From positions 10,604,001 to 10,668,000 of the forward strand of contig NC_086101.1 in assembly GCF_963921235.1 (NCBI RefSeq): a stretch of DNA of 64,000 nucleotides. Reading direction: 5' to 3'. This DNA comes from Mobula hypostoma. Its lineage: Eukaryota. The position numbers and the translations under genes were made by a program. Under the pieces are notes generated by a model, which saw only the letters and a list, made by a program, of their open reading frames with translations, ran no database searches and had not been told where the DNA came from. Below, one piece after another: positions 36,500 to 49,035 of the stretch (positions are counted from its first letter, which is position 1; every line of letters starts with the position of its first letter).

Positions 36500-39260
36500 C
36501 GGTTCGTGACAACTGGCTGTTTATTCCTTTTTTGCACATTTTGTATTATTACGCGGTATTTTATGTCTTTGCACTGTATTGCAAATCAACAAATTTCCTA
36601 CCATATAAGACAGTGATAATAAACCTGATTCTGAAGAGAACCACTCTCCCTCAATGTCCAAAAAAACCCCACAAAAGATCTGATTGTGGATTACAGGAGG
36701 AACAGAGACAGGCTCGCCCCGATCAACATCAATGGGACTGCAGTTGAGAGAGTGAGTGGTTTCAAGTTCCTCAGTATACACATCACTGAAAATATCACCT
36801 GGACTACATACCATCTGGGTAGCAAAAAAACAAATGCTCAAAATCCTGCCGAAGGGTTTCGGACCAAAACGTCGACTGCATTATTTTCCATATATGCTGC
36901 CTGGCCTGCTGATTTCCTCCAGCATTTTGTATGTGGTTCTTGTATTTCCAGCATCTCTAGATTTTCTCCTATTTGTGATTGTGTTACTACTCTGCGTAGC
37001 CTCTTCCAGGGATGCCTACCCTGAAGAAATTTAAATCTTCCCTTCGACGGGAGTTAGTGAAACTCTCTCGCACTGCTCCACCGCTGTGATCCTGTGATCA
37101 CTTCAGATACTGCATGATGCCGTCTCCAAACAAGAAACTGTCTATCCCGATGCATTTCAAATCATAGTCTGGGACTTCATCCAGGCTTGTGTGAAGAAAA
37201 CCCTGCAAAATTATCATCAGCATATAACCTGTAGCATCAGAGGCCTCAATAGACTAGACCACGGTCATACTAAGATGAGCAGTGCCTGCCACTCCATGCC
37301 CAGACAGTATTTTGGTAAATCTGATCATGTGGCTGACCTTCTCCTACCAAATTAAGGTTATAGACTAAAGAGCAAAACTCCAGAGATTGGGACAACAAAG
37401 AGGTGGTCATTGGAGATGGAGGATCAGATACAGCATTGCTTCTAATCGGTGGACTGGCCAGTGTTTAAGGAGAGATCTATGGATCTGAATGAATACGCTA
37501 TGGTTGTGATGGAATTTAAAACAGTTGTAGACGAGTGTCTCCCCACACAATGATTCAAGTCGTCTCCAATCGGAAGCCCAGGATGAACCATTAGATCCAC
37601 AATCTGCTAGGGGCCAGATCAGAGGCATTCAAGTCTGGTGACCAAGAAAGCTGCAAGAGGTCCAAGTACAGTCCAATGTCTGGAAAGTCAACTCACCAGC
37701 AAAGTTGCAATTCCAGACAAAACTTGAATCAGTGAAGGATGCTCGACAGTTGTGGCAGGGTTTGATTACCTCTTATAAAGTTAAATTAAGTGACATAGGT
37801 GGCAACAGGGATTCACTTCCAAATGAGCTCAATGCCTTCTGTGCTTGCTTTGACCATCAAAACATGGAGGAACCACTACAGACTCTCACAGCCCCCGATG
37901 ATCCTGTGATTTCAGTCTCTGCGGCCAACGTGCAAACAGCCTTCAGGGAGCTGAACCCATGTAAAGCATTTCGCCCAGATGGTGACCTGGCCAAGTGCTA
38001 AATATCTGTGCTGATAAACTGGATGGAGTAATCATTGAGATCTTTACCCTCTCATTCTAGCAGTCTGCTTCAAGCAGGCTTCAATTAGACCAGTGTCTAA
38101 GAAGAACGTGGTAATTTGCCTCAAAGACTATCATGCAGTTGCACTTACATCTACAGTGAAGAGGTGTTTTGAGAGGTTGGTGATGAATCATGTCAACTCC
38201 TGCCTGAGAAGTGAATTGTACCCTCTCCAGTTTGCCTACAGGAGCTACAGGTTCAGAGTAGATTCCATCTAATTGGCTTTCCACTTAACTGTGGAACATC
38301 TGGACAGCAAAGAAGTATACATCAGTATGTTCTATATTGACTACAGCTCAACATTTAATATCAACATCCCCTCAAAGCTAGTCAATCTCATGTCACATTC
38401 AAGTTTACTGATGACATCACTGTCATAGGTTGAATGAAAAGTGATGAAGTATCAGCATCTAAAAGGGAGATTGACAAACTGGCTGAGTGACACCAGAACA
38501 ACAACCTCTCACACAATGTCAGCAAGACTAAAGGGCTGATTCATGACTTTAGGAGGAGTGAACCAGAGGTCCATGTGGCGGTGCTCATCAGGAGCTCAGA
38601 GATGGAGAGGATCAGCAACTTTAAATTCCTCAGTTATTATTTTGAAGGACCTGTTCTGGGCACAACATGCAAGAGCAATTGCGAAGAAAGCACAGCAGCG
38701 TCTCTACTTCCTCAGCAGTTTGCAAAGATTCATATGACATCTGAAACTTTGACAAACTTCTATTGGTATTGACTGACTGCATCAGAGCCCAGTTTGGAAA
38801 CACCAATATCCTTAAATAGAAAATCCTTCAAAAAGCAGTGGATATATCCCAGTAAGTCCTCTCCTTTATTCAGCACATTTACATGAATGATCATCTCAGG
38901 AAAGCAGCATCCATCATTACGGACCCCCACCACCCAGGCCCTGCACTCTTCCAGCTGTTTCTATCAGGAAGAAGGTACAGAAGCCTCAGGACCCATACCA
39001 CCAGGCTGAGGATCAATTATTACCTTTCAACCATTAGACTCTTAAACCAAAGTGGATAACTTCATTTACTCCATCTTTGAAATGCTCCCTACAACGTATG
39101 GGATCACCTTCAAGGACTCTTAATCTCATGCCTCAGACTTTGTTGCTTATGTATTTATTATTATTAATTATTCCTTTTTGCACTTGCACAGTTTGTTGTC
39201 TTTTGCACACCGGTTGAAAGCCCATGTTGGTGCGGTCTTTCATTGATTCTTAATCGTTAT
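36500..39260 (+). mobile_element. Rex-Babar LINE remnants (APE and RT, many lesions)
   Basis: GDF, KSDH, PNELNAFCA, PLQFAY, DYSSTFN, KFTDD, IVDYRR, KKAQQRLYFL. Confidence 0.85.
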
Positions 39261-39289
39261 TAATTTATGTTTTAATTTTATTCAGATAC

Positions 39290-39515
39290 AGCGTGGAATT
39301 GGCCCTTTGAGCCTTGCTATCCAGCAATCTCTCAATTTATTCCCAGCCAAATCATGGTACAATTTACAATGACCAATTAACCTATTAACTAGTTAATCTT
39401 TGGACGGTAGGTGGAAACTTGAGCAGCCAGAGAAAACCCACACGGTCATGGGGAGAACGTACAAACTCCTTGAATGTGGGTCGCCTGTACTGTAAAGCAT
39501 TATGCTAACCATTAT
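39290..39515 (-). mobile_element. SINE-like element
   Basis: Core GAGTTTGTACGTTCTCCCCATGACCGTGTGGGTTTTCTC on -, with a related copy at about 49225-49520 on +. Confidence 0.7.
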
Positions 39516-39654
39516 GCTAAAGTGTCTGTGATGGATTTATTGAGTATGCCCCCGGCAAGAAACTGAACCTCAGCTTTGCGTTTGGTGATTGATATATATA
39601 TATATATACATATATACACACACACATTAATAACACATTTACTTGTTGCGGCAC

Positions 39655-40125
39655 CACTCAACCGGATTCCCCGTGTCACTCCTGAACACTGACTCATCAC
39701 CCGCTGTAATTCGTCCAGTGGTGTAATTGGAAAACTTGTGTGAAGAGCCATTTCAAAGAAACTTCTGTTTTCCCGTCTCACGAACAAGCCCTGTGACCAC
39801 TGACGCCGCCTCTGAACTTGAGGTTTATCAAAGTTTTACTTTCAACAGTAAAACAGACAAGTCATCACGGGCGCTCTTTGTCCTCTTCAATGCCCTGTAC
39901 AGTTTCACTCTTTCCGTCCCGCCTATTTAATTGCGTCCACTTTGCAACGAGTTTTACTTTTTCCTCTGGCAGCTGCCGTAGCGCCCACTTTGAGGTGATC
40001 CTCTCCAAGGAAGTTCTGCTCTGCGGTCACTCGTTATTTTTGAGCGAACGTTACTAAATTCCGCCCGAGGAGTGGGGAAGGAGTTCAGAGTGAGGAAGCT
40101 CTCGGTTGCTTCAGGGATTAATCGG
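39655..40125 (+). promoter_or_regulatory. Candidate immune-inducible promoter and non-coding first exon
   Basis: CpG-rich unique DNA with GGATTCCCC (kB-like, 39664), TGACTCA (39690), TTCAAAGAA (GAS, 39752), TGACG (39801), three IRF/ISRE-like motifs (39831, 39901, 39949), a GC box plus TATTTAA (39918-39930), and donor CGG|GTGAGT at 40125/40126. Confidence 0.55.
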
Positions 40126-40984
40126 GTGAGTATGGCTCAGGAACATATCACCGCACGGAAGCCACCTGGACAAAGTGGTCAATTTCTTATTTCCGAGGGA
40201 AACATTGAGATGAACAGGTCCTCCCACGACCCCGAGATTAGCTATACCTCGTTCCCAGAGCCGACACGGCGAGCCTATTCGCTCAGGGGAATGGGGAGAC
40301 CGAGAATTACGCAGATCAGGGAAGCAGCAGTAGGAGTCTCCCGGTGGAAACTGGACGAATCCTGGGGTTTGGTCATTTACAGCGGTGGCTTTCAAAGTTT
40401 CAAGTAAATTTATTTTCAAAGTGCATATTTCACCATATACAAAAAGAAAAAAAAATTATAAATAAATAAGAGTACATATCGAGAACACGAGTTCTTCGAA
40501 TGATTTGGTGGGACACATTAATATACAACCGATTTTTTTTTATATAAACTCCGTGACAAACATTCACTCATATCCTTGAACTATTCATTCATATCCCAGC
40601 CCGCTGTCTCGAAGCAATCCTGCAGCCGTTCCTCTGTCTCCTGCGACCACCTCTTAGGACCTCTTTGTCTGAAGCCTGGCTCTTTAGCCTCTTCTGCGAT
40701 TTAGTGTTCAGTCTGTGACGGGTGGGAATTGGCTGGAAATTGGGAGAGGGGTCTTCTTTTTCCGCTTCAACAGAATCTGCAGGCAGTTCCACATGTGGAG
40801 TTGATTTGGAGAGGTCGATTTTTAGCAGCTTCACGAAACACTAACTCTCAAATTCTCCATCGTGATGTAGTCATGGCCAAGAGTTGGTCTGAAATACTGG
40901 GGTGATACTCAATAACTGTTTCCTCAACTTCAGAGTGTCCTGATAGAGAACCTACTGGATACAGTCATGACCTGTAAATTGCTG

Positions 40985-42510
40985 TGTCACAAGGGTGTGC
41001 TGGAACCGGACCCAAATGCAAGACACAGGCACTGAAGTACAAGGAACAGGACTTGACTAGAATAGGGACGTGACAGGATTCAGGCAAGGAGCAGGGACAA
41101 GAACGCTGACTTGGGCTAGGGAAAGCGGGACCAGGACTAGGAACCATGGATTTGGAGACAAGGCTTGGACTCTGAGCCTGAGACTGGACAGGGACCCAGA
41201 ACCTGGGTCTTGCCTCAGGCTTGGACCCCAGAACCAGGCAAGGACATGACATGGCTTGAGGACAGGATGTGGCTGGGGACTTGAGGCCTGAGCTTGGAGA
41301 CAAGACAAGGCTCGGACTCCGAGCCAGGGGACCCAGAACCTGGATCTTGCCTCGGGCTCGGACCCCAGAACCAAGCAAGGACATGACTTGGCTTGAGGCT
41401 GGGGTCTTGGGTCTTGAGCTTGGCTTAGGATCCTCGAGGCTTGGGGTCTTGGGTATTGAGCTTGGCTTGGGATCCTCGAGGCTCGGGGTCTTGGGTCTTG
41501 AGCTTGGTTTGGGATTCTTGAGGCTTGGGTTCTTGGGTCTTGAGCTTGGCTAGGGATCCTCGAGGCTTGGGTTCCTGGAGCTTGGCTTGGGACCCTTGAG
41601 GCTTGGGTTCTTGGAGCTTGGCTTGGGACCCTCGAGGCTTGGGTTCTTGGAGCTTGGCTGTGGAATCGTTGAGGCTAGGGTTCTTGGAGCTTGGCTACGG
41701 GATCTTTGTCTTGAAATGTGGTGGCTGATAACTCAGAGACTGGAGTTGAGAGACAGACTGGGAACTGAACATCGACATAGAGCCAGAACTTATTCTTCAG
41801 CAAGCCAGCACTCATCTTTAACACAACACAAACATGAGACAGGACAGAACATAGACATAGAGCCGGGACTCATCCTACAACAAGCCGGGACACAACTTCA
41901 TCTCCACACCAAGGTGGGACAGGTCTCTCCATCAGGTAACGGCAGAACGGTCAGACTTATCCAACAGAGGCAAGGAGGACAAGACAGATCCCCCTGCAGG
42001 GCAACGGCAGAACGGCCTGGTTTACCCCACAGAGGCAAGGACAAGAAGAGAGGAACACCAAAGAATGACAGACAGTTCCATCTCTGCTCCGGGGAAGCTC
42101 CGAGTCTCAGTTTGGCCAGCAACTTCAGCTGGCTAAGGAAATAGCCAGATCCCTACCTAGATTGGAGTGGCTGGCAGCCACTCAGCTGGCCCGGGAAACA
42201 GCTGAATCCATACCGCAAATACCACTCCAACGAATGGCAACAAGGCTCCATGAAGCAGTGGTCCTCCAACCAGGACTCGAGATCACAAATGGTTTCACTA
42301 GCCTTCCATCAGCAGGTTACTCCAAGGGGGACTGACGAGACAAACCAGCCACCCACACGCAATCCCAAGGCTACTTATATTGCAAGCCAAAAGATGGGAT
42401 TCAGGTGCCTTTGATTTAGTCAAACAAGGGACAGCTGGAAGACCCGGAGTCCAGAGTCCATGGACCGGACCGTGAACCGGAATGCAGATTTCATGGACCG
42501 GACCATGACA
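40985..42510. mobile_element. Solo LTR-like insertion of 1526 bp with internal tandem repeats
   Basis: TGTCA...TGACA termini and 5-bp flanks TGCTG/TGCTC. The empty site is visible in arm A (GGATCAGCAATG at about 35344-35356). Contains 42- and 36-bp repeats at about 41395-41695. Confidence 0.85.
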
Positions 42511-43701
42511 TGCTCATCCTTCTTATCAAAAAGACATAGCTCAGGATATTAGACTTCCCTACTGAGGTTAAATCTAAGCTTTTTGAAAGGACATCATTCC
42601 AAATAGTTTCTCTGGAAAATTACTTTGCTGATGCAGTTTTCTCCCCAGTGTACACTATTTGAAAATGCTGCCATATGATCTTGGTCCTAGTTGACTTTGC
42701 ACAGCAGTTTAGGAATCTACATTTATATGGCCTTATCAACATGTACATTGGACTTTGCAGTCGGAGAACAACATAGTCAAGGCCCAGGGTTGTGTTCTCA
42801 CTGCTGCAGAGCCGTGCTGTTAAACTTGTGCCACATACATTGTTAGGTGTGTGACCTATTTCAAGTAATTGTGGTATTTTTTGTCCGCAATGAATGCTCT
42901 ATTTTATTTCCATGAAGCGAGGCTCCGGAAACAAATGCAATTGGATACCCTTCACCTGTATGTCACACAGTTATGTAAGACAAGCAAATCTCAGGCATTT
43001 TTCTGAACTGTAGTGCGCCAGTCACCTGTAAAAGTTGATGCTTTTCAGCAGTGCAGGAGACCAAGTCTATCTGATCTCTGGTCAGGTTGATTCCTGAAAT
43101 GGTTGCATGAAAGTTGACATGTTGATGAGGAAAAGTCTAATAATTCAACAATCTCAAGAATGACCTGATTTCAGCTACACCAGCTGAAGGTGGTACTTTG
43201 ATAATTGCATCGACTTTGCTCTGAGGCCTTGAACTTGAGCATCAGTTTGACAGGCCACGTAACGCTTTAATATTTGTGGAAAGTGGCTTTTTGCATGCTG
43301 ACACTGATTCCATTAAGACTACTCTCAGACCATTACTACTCCTGGTAGCTCCATACTGAAACCAAGATTTCACAGATGAAGCAAAGAACATAATTGAGCT
43401 GTAGTATAGTGCATAAAATCTGGTGCTGTTTAACCTCCACACGCCCTTTGTGTTAATTGTGAGACATACCAGTCACTAGATTCAGCCATAATTGCTGTTT
43501 AGTGAAGGACAAATTCATCTTAATGAATCCAATTGCTGTCAAGATTGCATTAAAATTGAGTTATGTGTATGAACTTTCATGTAACAGTTTAGCCCCCCAT
43601 AATCACTGTTTCACTCTGCTTTGGAATGACTGGAAATGGGAGCAACCCAATCACAGCTCAACTTGGGACAGAATACCATGTCTCTTCAGACAGCCCAGTT
43701 C

Positions 43702-44520
43702 AAGTCAAGTGAAGTCGTCACTTTTTATTGTCATTTCGACCATAAACTGCTGGTACAGTACACAGTAAAAACTAAACAATGTTCCTCCAGGACCATGGTG
43801 CTACATGAAACAACACAAAACTACACTAGACTATGTGAGACAACACAAGGCTTTGCTAGACTATGTGAGAAAACACAAGGCTACACTAGACTACGTAAAA
43901 CAGCACAAAAAACTACACTAGACTGCTGACCTACGCAGGACTACTTACAGTGCACAAAACAGTGCAGGGCAGTACGATAGCTAATAAACAGTAGAGGACA
44001 AATTACAATATTATACTAAATGATGTAGATGTCATTTTAGACTCTGAGTATTGAGAAGTCTAATGGCTTGGGGGAAGAAACTGTTGCACAGTCTAGTCAT
44101 GAGAGTCCGAATGCTTCAATACCTTTTGCCAGATGGCAGGAGGGAGAGGAGTTTGTATGAGGGGTGCGTCGGGTCCTTCACAATGCTGTTGACTTTACGG
44201 GTGCAGCGTGTGGTGTAAATGTCTGTAATGGTGGGAAGAGAGACCCTGATGATCTTCTCAGCTGACCTCACTATCCGCTGCAGGGTCTTGCGATCCGAGA
44301 CGGTGCAATTCCCGAACGAGGCAGTGATGCAGCTGCCCAGCATTCTCTCGATACATCCTCTGTAGAATGTGGTGAGGATGGGAGGTGGGAGATGAACTTT
44401 TCTCAGCCTTTGCAGAAAGTAGAGACACTGCTGGGCTTTCTTGGCTATGGAGCTGGTGTTGAGGGACCAGGTGAGATTCTCTCCCAGGGGATCACCAAGA
44501 AATTTGCTGCTCTTAACAGA
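43702..44520 (-). mobile_element. Rex-Babar 3' fragment inserted in arm B
   Basis: ORF CITASFGNCTVSDRKTLQRIVRSAEKII...LLPSGKRY with a (CTTGA)n tail. Arm A is empty at this site (CCCAGTTCATGCACAAC). Confidence 0.9.
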
Positions 44521-45494
44521 TCATGCACAACTGCTTCTTTTGAGATATGGAGAGCAGTTTGGAAATTGTGGAAGGTGTGAGTGGCTTGTTCTTCCATATG
44601 GATTTTCAAGTGAAAGCCTTTGAATTCCCATAGACCTGCTTAAGGTGAAAAGCTGATCAAACTAGTGGTTTCTGTGTGTGTGTGTTGTCAAACACCTTCC
44701 TTCCTTTCTGAGTTTAAGGTGAACTTCTTAAGCCAGTTTTGCCCTGTGATACAATTCTGTCCCTGAACTCCGATCAGACACAGCATCCATTTACTGCCTC
44801 TGCACCTCATTTCACTGGAAATGAAACGCATCTACACCAGGAAATCTGGGTCCATAAATGGAAAGTAGCGAATGTACGCTGGCTGCAAAAGACAAGTAGT
44901 AGGATTCTCCTTGTATATGTGCTCTGGACCGAGTGGCACAGATATCCTAGTGTTCAGCATCGTACTAACTTTCTTGTCAGGTCAATGCAGAAGTAAGTTT
45001 TGTCGCTGTTGTATAGACTGTTAATTGTTAACAGTGTTGTTGGGTTTGATGTGAATCACATAGTTTGCAGAAGCACAGCCTTGTGCACTTTTGCACACTT
45101 TGTGTGAACATTTGTCCGCAACCCCATTGCCTTTACTGATGAAACCTGAAGAACATTTGCTGGTGGTTTCCAGCACAGCGTGATTATGCTTGTGTCACAA
45201 GGCCTTCATTTTCATTTCATGTTTCTGAGAACCCGGAGTTGCTGGTAAAGTGCAGGAGATCCGTTTCAATGTTCAGCACACGTTGCATCAGGGTGCTGTG
45301 TGGACTTTTTGAACAGCACCTCCCTGGTTTAGAGTGGCATACTTGTTCATGGTACCCTTGTAGGTGAGTTTCAGACCCAGTCACATGCTTCAGCTATTCA
45401 TGCTCAGCGTTATTCAGCAGAGGAGACCTGTATTGTGTTCTGTGCTCACAGTGTGGTGCTCGCTACTCTGAGCAAACTAATATATATTGCCTTC

Positions 45495-47835
45495 TAGAAC
45501 CATAGAAACTACAGCACAGAAACAGGCCCTTTGGCCCTTCTTGGCTGTGCTGAACCATTTTCTGCCCAGTCCCACTGACCTGCACACGGACCATATCTCT
45601 CCATATACCTCCCATCCATGTATCTGTCCAATTTATTCTTAAATGTTAAAAAAGAACCCGCATTTACCACCTCGTCTGGCAGCTCATTCCATACTCCCAC
45701 CACTCTCTGTGTGAAGAAGCCCCCCCTAATGTTCCCTTTAAACCTTTCCCCCCTCACCCTTAACCCATGTCCTCTGGTTTTTTTCTCCCCTTGCCTCAGT
45801 GGAAAAAGCCTGCTTGCATTCACTCTATCTATATCCATCATAATTTTATATGCCTCTATCAAATCTCCCCTCATTCTTCTACGCTTCAGGGAATAAAGTC
45901 CTAACCTATTCAACCTTTCTCTGTAACTGAGTTTCTCAAGTCCCGGCAACATCCTTGTAAACCTTCTCTGCACTCTTTCAACCTTATTTATATCCTTCCT
46001 GTAATTTGGTGACCAAAACTGAACAGAATACTCCAGATTCGGCCTCACCAATGCCTTATACAACCTCATCATAACATTCCAGCTCTTATACTCAATACTA
46101 CGATTAATAAAGGCCAATGTACCAAAAGCTCTCTTTATGACCCTATCTACCTGTGACGACACTTTTAGGGAATTTTGTATCTGTATTCCCAGATCCCTCT
46201 GTGTTCCACTGCACTCCTCAGTGCCTTACCATTAACCCTGTATGTTCTACGTTGGTTTGTCCTTCCAACGTGCAATACCTCACACTTGTCAGTATTAAAC
46301 TCCATCTGCCATTTTTCTGCCCATTTTTCCAGCTGGTCCAAGTCCCTCTGCAGGCTCTGAAAACCTTCCTCACTGTCTACTACACCTCCAATCTTTGTAT
46401 CATCAGCAATCTTGCTGATCCAATTTACCACATAAATAACAATGGACCCAGCACTAATCCCTGTGGCACACCACTTGTCACAGGCCTCCACTCAGAGAAG
46501 CAATTTTCTACCACCACTCTCTGGCTCCTTCCATCGAGCCAATGTCTAATCCAATTTACCACCTCTCCATGTATACCTAGCGACTGAATTTTCCTAACTA
46601 ACTTCCCATGAGGGACCTTGTCAACGGCCTTACTGAAGTCCATGTAGACAATATCCACTGCCTTCCCTTCATCCACTTTCCTGGTAACCTCCTCGAAAAA
46701 CTCCAACAGATTGGTCAAACATGACCTACCACGCACAAAGCCATGTTGACTCTCCCTAATAAGCCCCTGTCTATCCAAATGCTTGTAGATTCTGTCTCTT
46801 AGTACTCCCTCCAATAACTTACCTGCTACTGACGTTAAACTCACCGGCCTATAATTTCCCGGATTACTTTTCGATCCTTTTTTAAACAACGGAACAACAT
46901 GAGCCACTCTCCAATCCTCCAGCACTTCACCCGTAGACAGCGATATTTTAAATATTTCTGCCAGGGCCCCTACAATTTCAACACTAGTCTCCTTCAAGGT
47001 CCGAGGGAACACCCTGTCAGGTCCCGGGGATTTATCAACTTTAATTTTCCTCAAGACAGCAAGCACCTCCTCCTTTTCAATCTGTACAGTTGCCATGGTC
47101 TCACTACTTGATTCCCTCAATTCCATAGATTTCATGCCAGCTTCCTTAGTAAATACAGACGCAAAAAACTATCTTAGATCTCCCCCATTTCCTTTGGTTC
47201 CGCACAAAGCCGACCACTCTGATCTTCAAGAGGACCAATTTTATCCCTTACAATCCTTTTGCTCTTAATATACTTGTGAAAGCTCTTTGGATTATCCTTC
47301 ACTTTGACTGCCAAGGCAACCTCATATCTTCTTTTTGCCCTCCTGATTTCTTTCTTAAGTATATTCTTGCACTTCTTATACTCCTCAAGCACCTGATTTA
47401 CCCCCTGTTTCCTATACATTTCATACAACTCCCTCTTCTTCTTTATCAGAGTTGCAATATCCCTTGAGAACCAAGGTTCCTTATTCCTATTCAATTTGCC
47501 TTTAATCCTGACAGGAACATACAAACTCTGCACTCTCAAAATTTCCCCTTTGAAGGCTTCCCACCTACCAATCACATCTTTGCCAGAGAACAACCTGTCC
47601 CAATCCACGCTTTTTAGATCCTTTCTCATTTCTTCAAATTTGGCCTTCTTCCAGTTCAGAACCTCAACCCTAGGATCAGATCTATCCTTGTCCATGATCA
47701 AATTGAAACTAATGGTGTTATGATCACTGGAACCAAAGTGCTCCCCTACACAGACTACCGTCACTTGCCCTAATTCGTTTCCTAACAGGAGATCCAATAT
47801 TGCATCCCCTCTAGTTGGTCCCTCTATATACTGAT
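45495..47835 (-). mobile_element. 5'-truncated CR1, same subfamily as 26731-28600
   Basis: APE end (GSSDHN), RT and 3' UTR. Nearly identical to the + copy apart from small indels. Confidence 0.95.
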
Positions 47836-48654
47836 TTAGATTTATTTAGATTTATACTGATTTCTCTTCAGGATTCCAATAAATATCTATTTACCTTGAA
47901 AGTGTAGGCCTGAAGTTTCAGCCTCCTCTCAGTTTAATACCCTGGACCCACTGGTTTCTGTGTTTTCAGGCTCCCAGATTATCTCAATGATGCTTCTCTG
48001 TGAATCTAGGCACAGATTTTCCTCGTTATCATATAGATACTCTTCATTCATATCAGCCATTGGAAATTTAACACTGGTCTTTTTCTCCTTTTTGACAGTA
48101 TTAGCTGTTTTTTTTTAGTAATAGTTCTGATAACAACCCTGATCTGCACCATATCACAGTCATTATATCTCCTCTCCACTGTACAGGATTTAGCAACTTA
48201 AGGCAAACTCATCTTCTTATTTTCCCATTTGGATGAAAGAGTCCTGGCCCAAAATATTATCTTTTTCTTTGTAGATGTTGCCTGGCCTGCTGAACTCTTC
48301 AGAAATTTGGTGTACACACTATATATTAATTACATCGATTTTTTTTTTCCTTTCTGAACAGCAAGTTGTTGAACTGGACAATTTTGTCAAAGTTCCCTTT
48401 TGCTTCCATAATTTTACCCTTTATTCTTTGCCATGTATTAAAAGCCGTGAGTGTACTTAAGTCTCCTTAAGTTAATCAAAAATTGGTCATTTGCTTAAAC
48501 TTTGGGAGAATTTCTCCTTGTGTATATCTTATAGAAAACAGGAAATAACACAAAATACATGAAGTGCAATTTTCTGTCAATGAACGACTTGAAGTTGCTC
48601 GATCATTTACTGGACCTTTGCTGGAAATCTTGCTATATATGACTATATGACCAT

Positions 48655-49035
48655 AAGACGTAGGAGCTGAATAAGGCCAACTGGTCCATCAAGTCTGCTC
48701 TGCCATTCAATTATGACTGATCTTTTCTTTTTTCTTTCCTCAACCCCAGTTCCCAGCCTTCAACCCGTAACCTGTGCTGCCATGTCCAATCAACAACCTA
48801 TCAGTCTCTGCCTCAAATACATCCAATGACCGGGCCTCCACAGCTGCATGAGCAACAAATTCCACAAATTCAACACCATTTGGCTAAAGAAATTTCTTTG
48901 CATCTCTGTTTTAAAGGGGCACCCCTCTGTCCTGAGGCTGTGCCCTCTTGTCCTAAATTCTCCCATCCTGGGAAACTTCCTTTCCACATCTACTCTGTCT
49001 AGGCCTTTTAACTCTCTAAAGGTTTCAAAGAGATC
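48655..49035 (-). mobile_element. CR1 3' fragment
   Basis: RTRGHSLR..GCPFKTEMQRNFFSQ motif plus tail. Confidence 0.85.

Larger units (their letters stand above)
40760..45470 (-). mobile_element. Ancient Gypsy relic, arm B (inverted copy of arm A)
   Basis: Reverse-complement homology: 45360-44525 and 43700-42690 to 28675-30470; 42640-42511 to 35230-35352; 40984-40765 to 35348-35585; 45465-45415 to 26675-26722. Confidence 0.85.

Noticed and set aside
41395..41695. 36-42-bp periodic repeats as a CRISPR array
   Set aside because: Units are contiguous with no unique spacers, there are no cas genes, and the array is inside a eukaryotic LTR.
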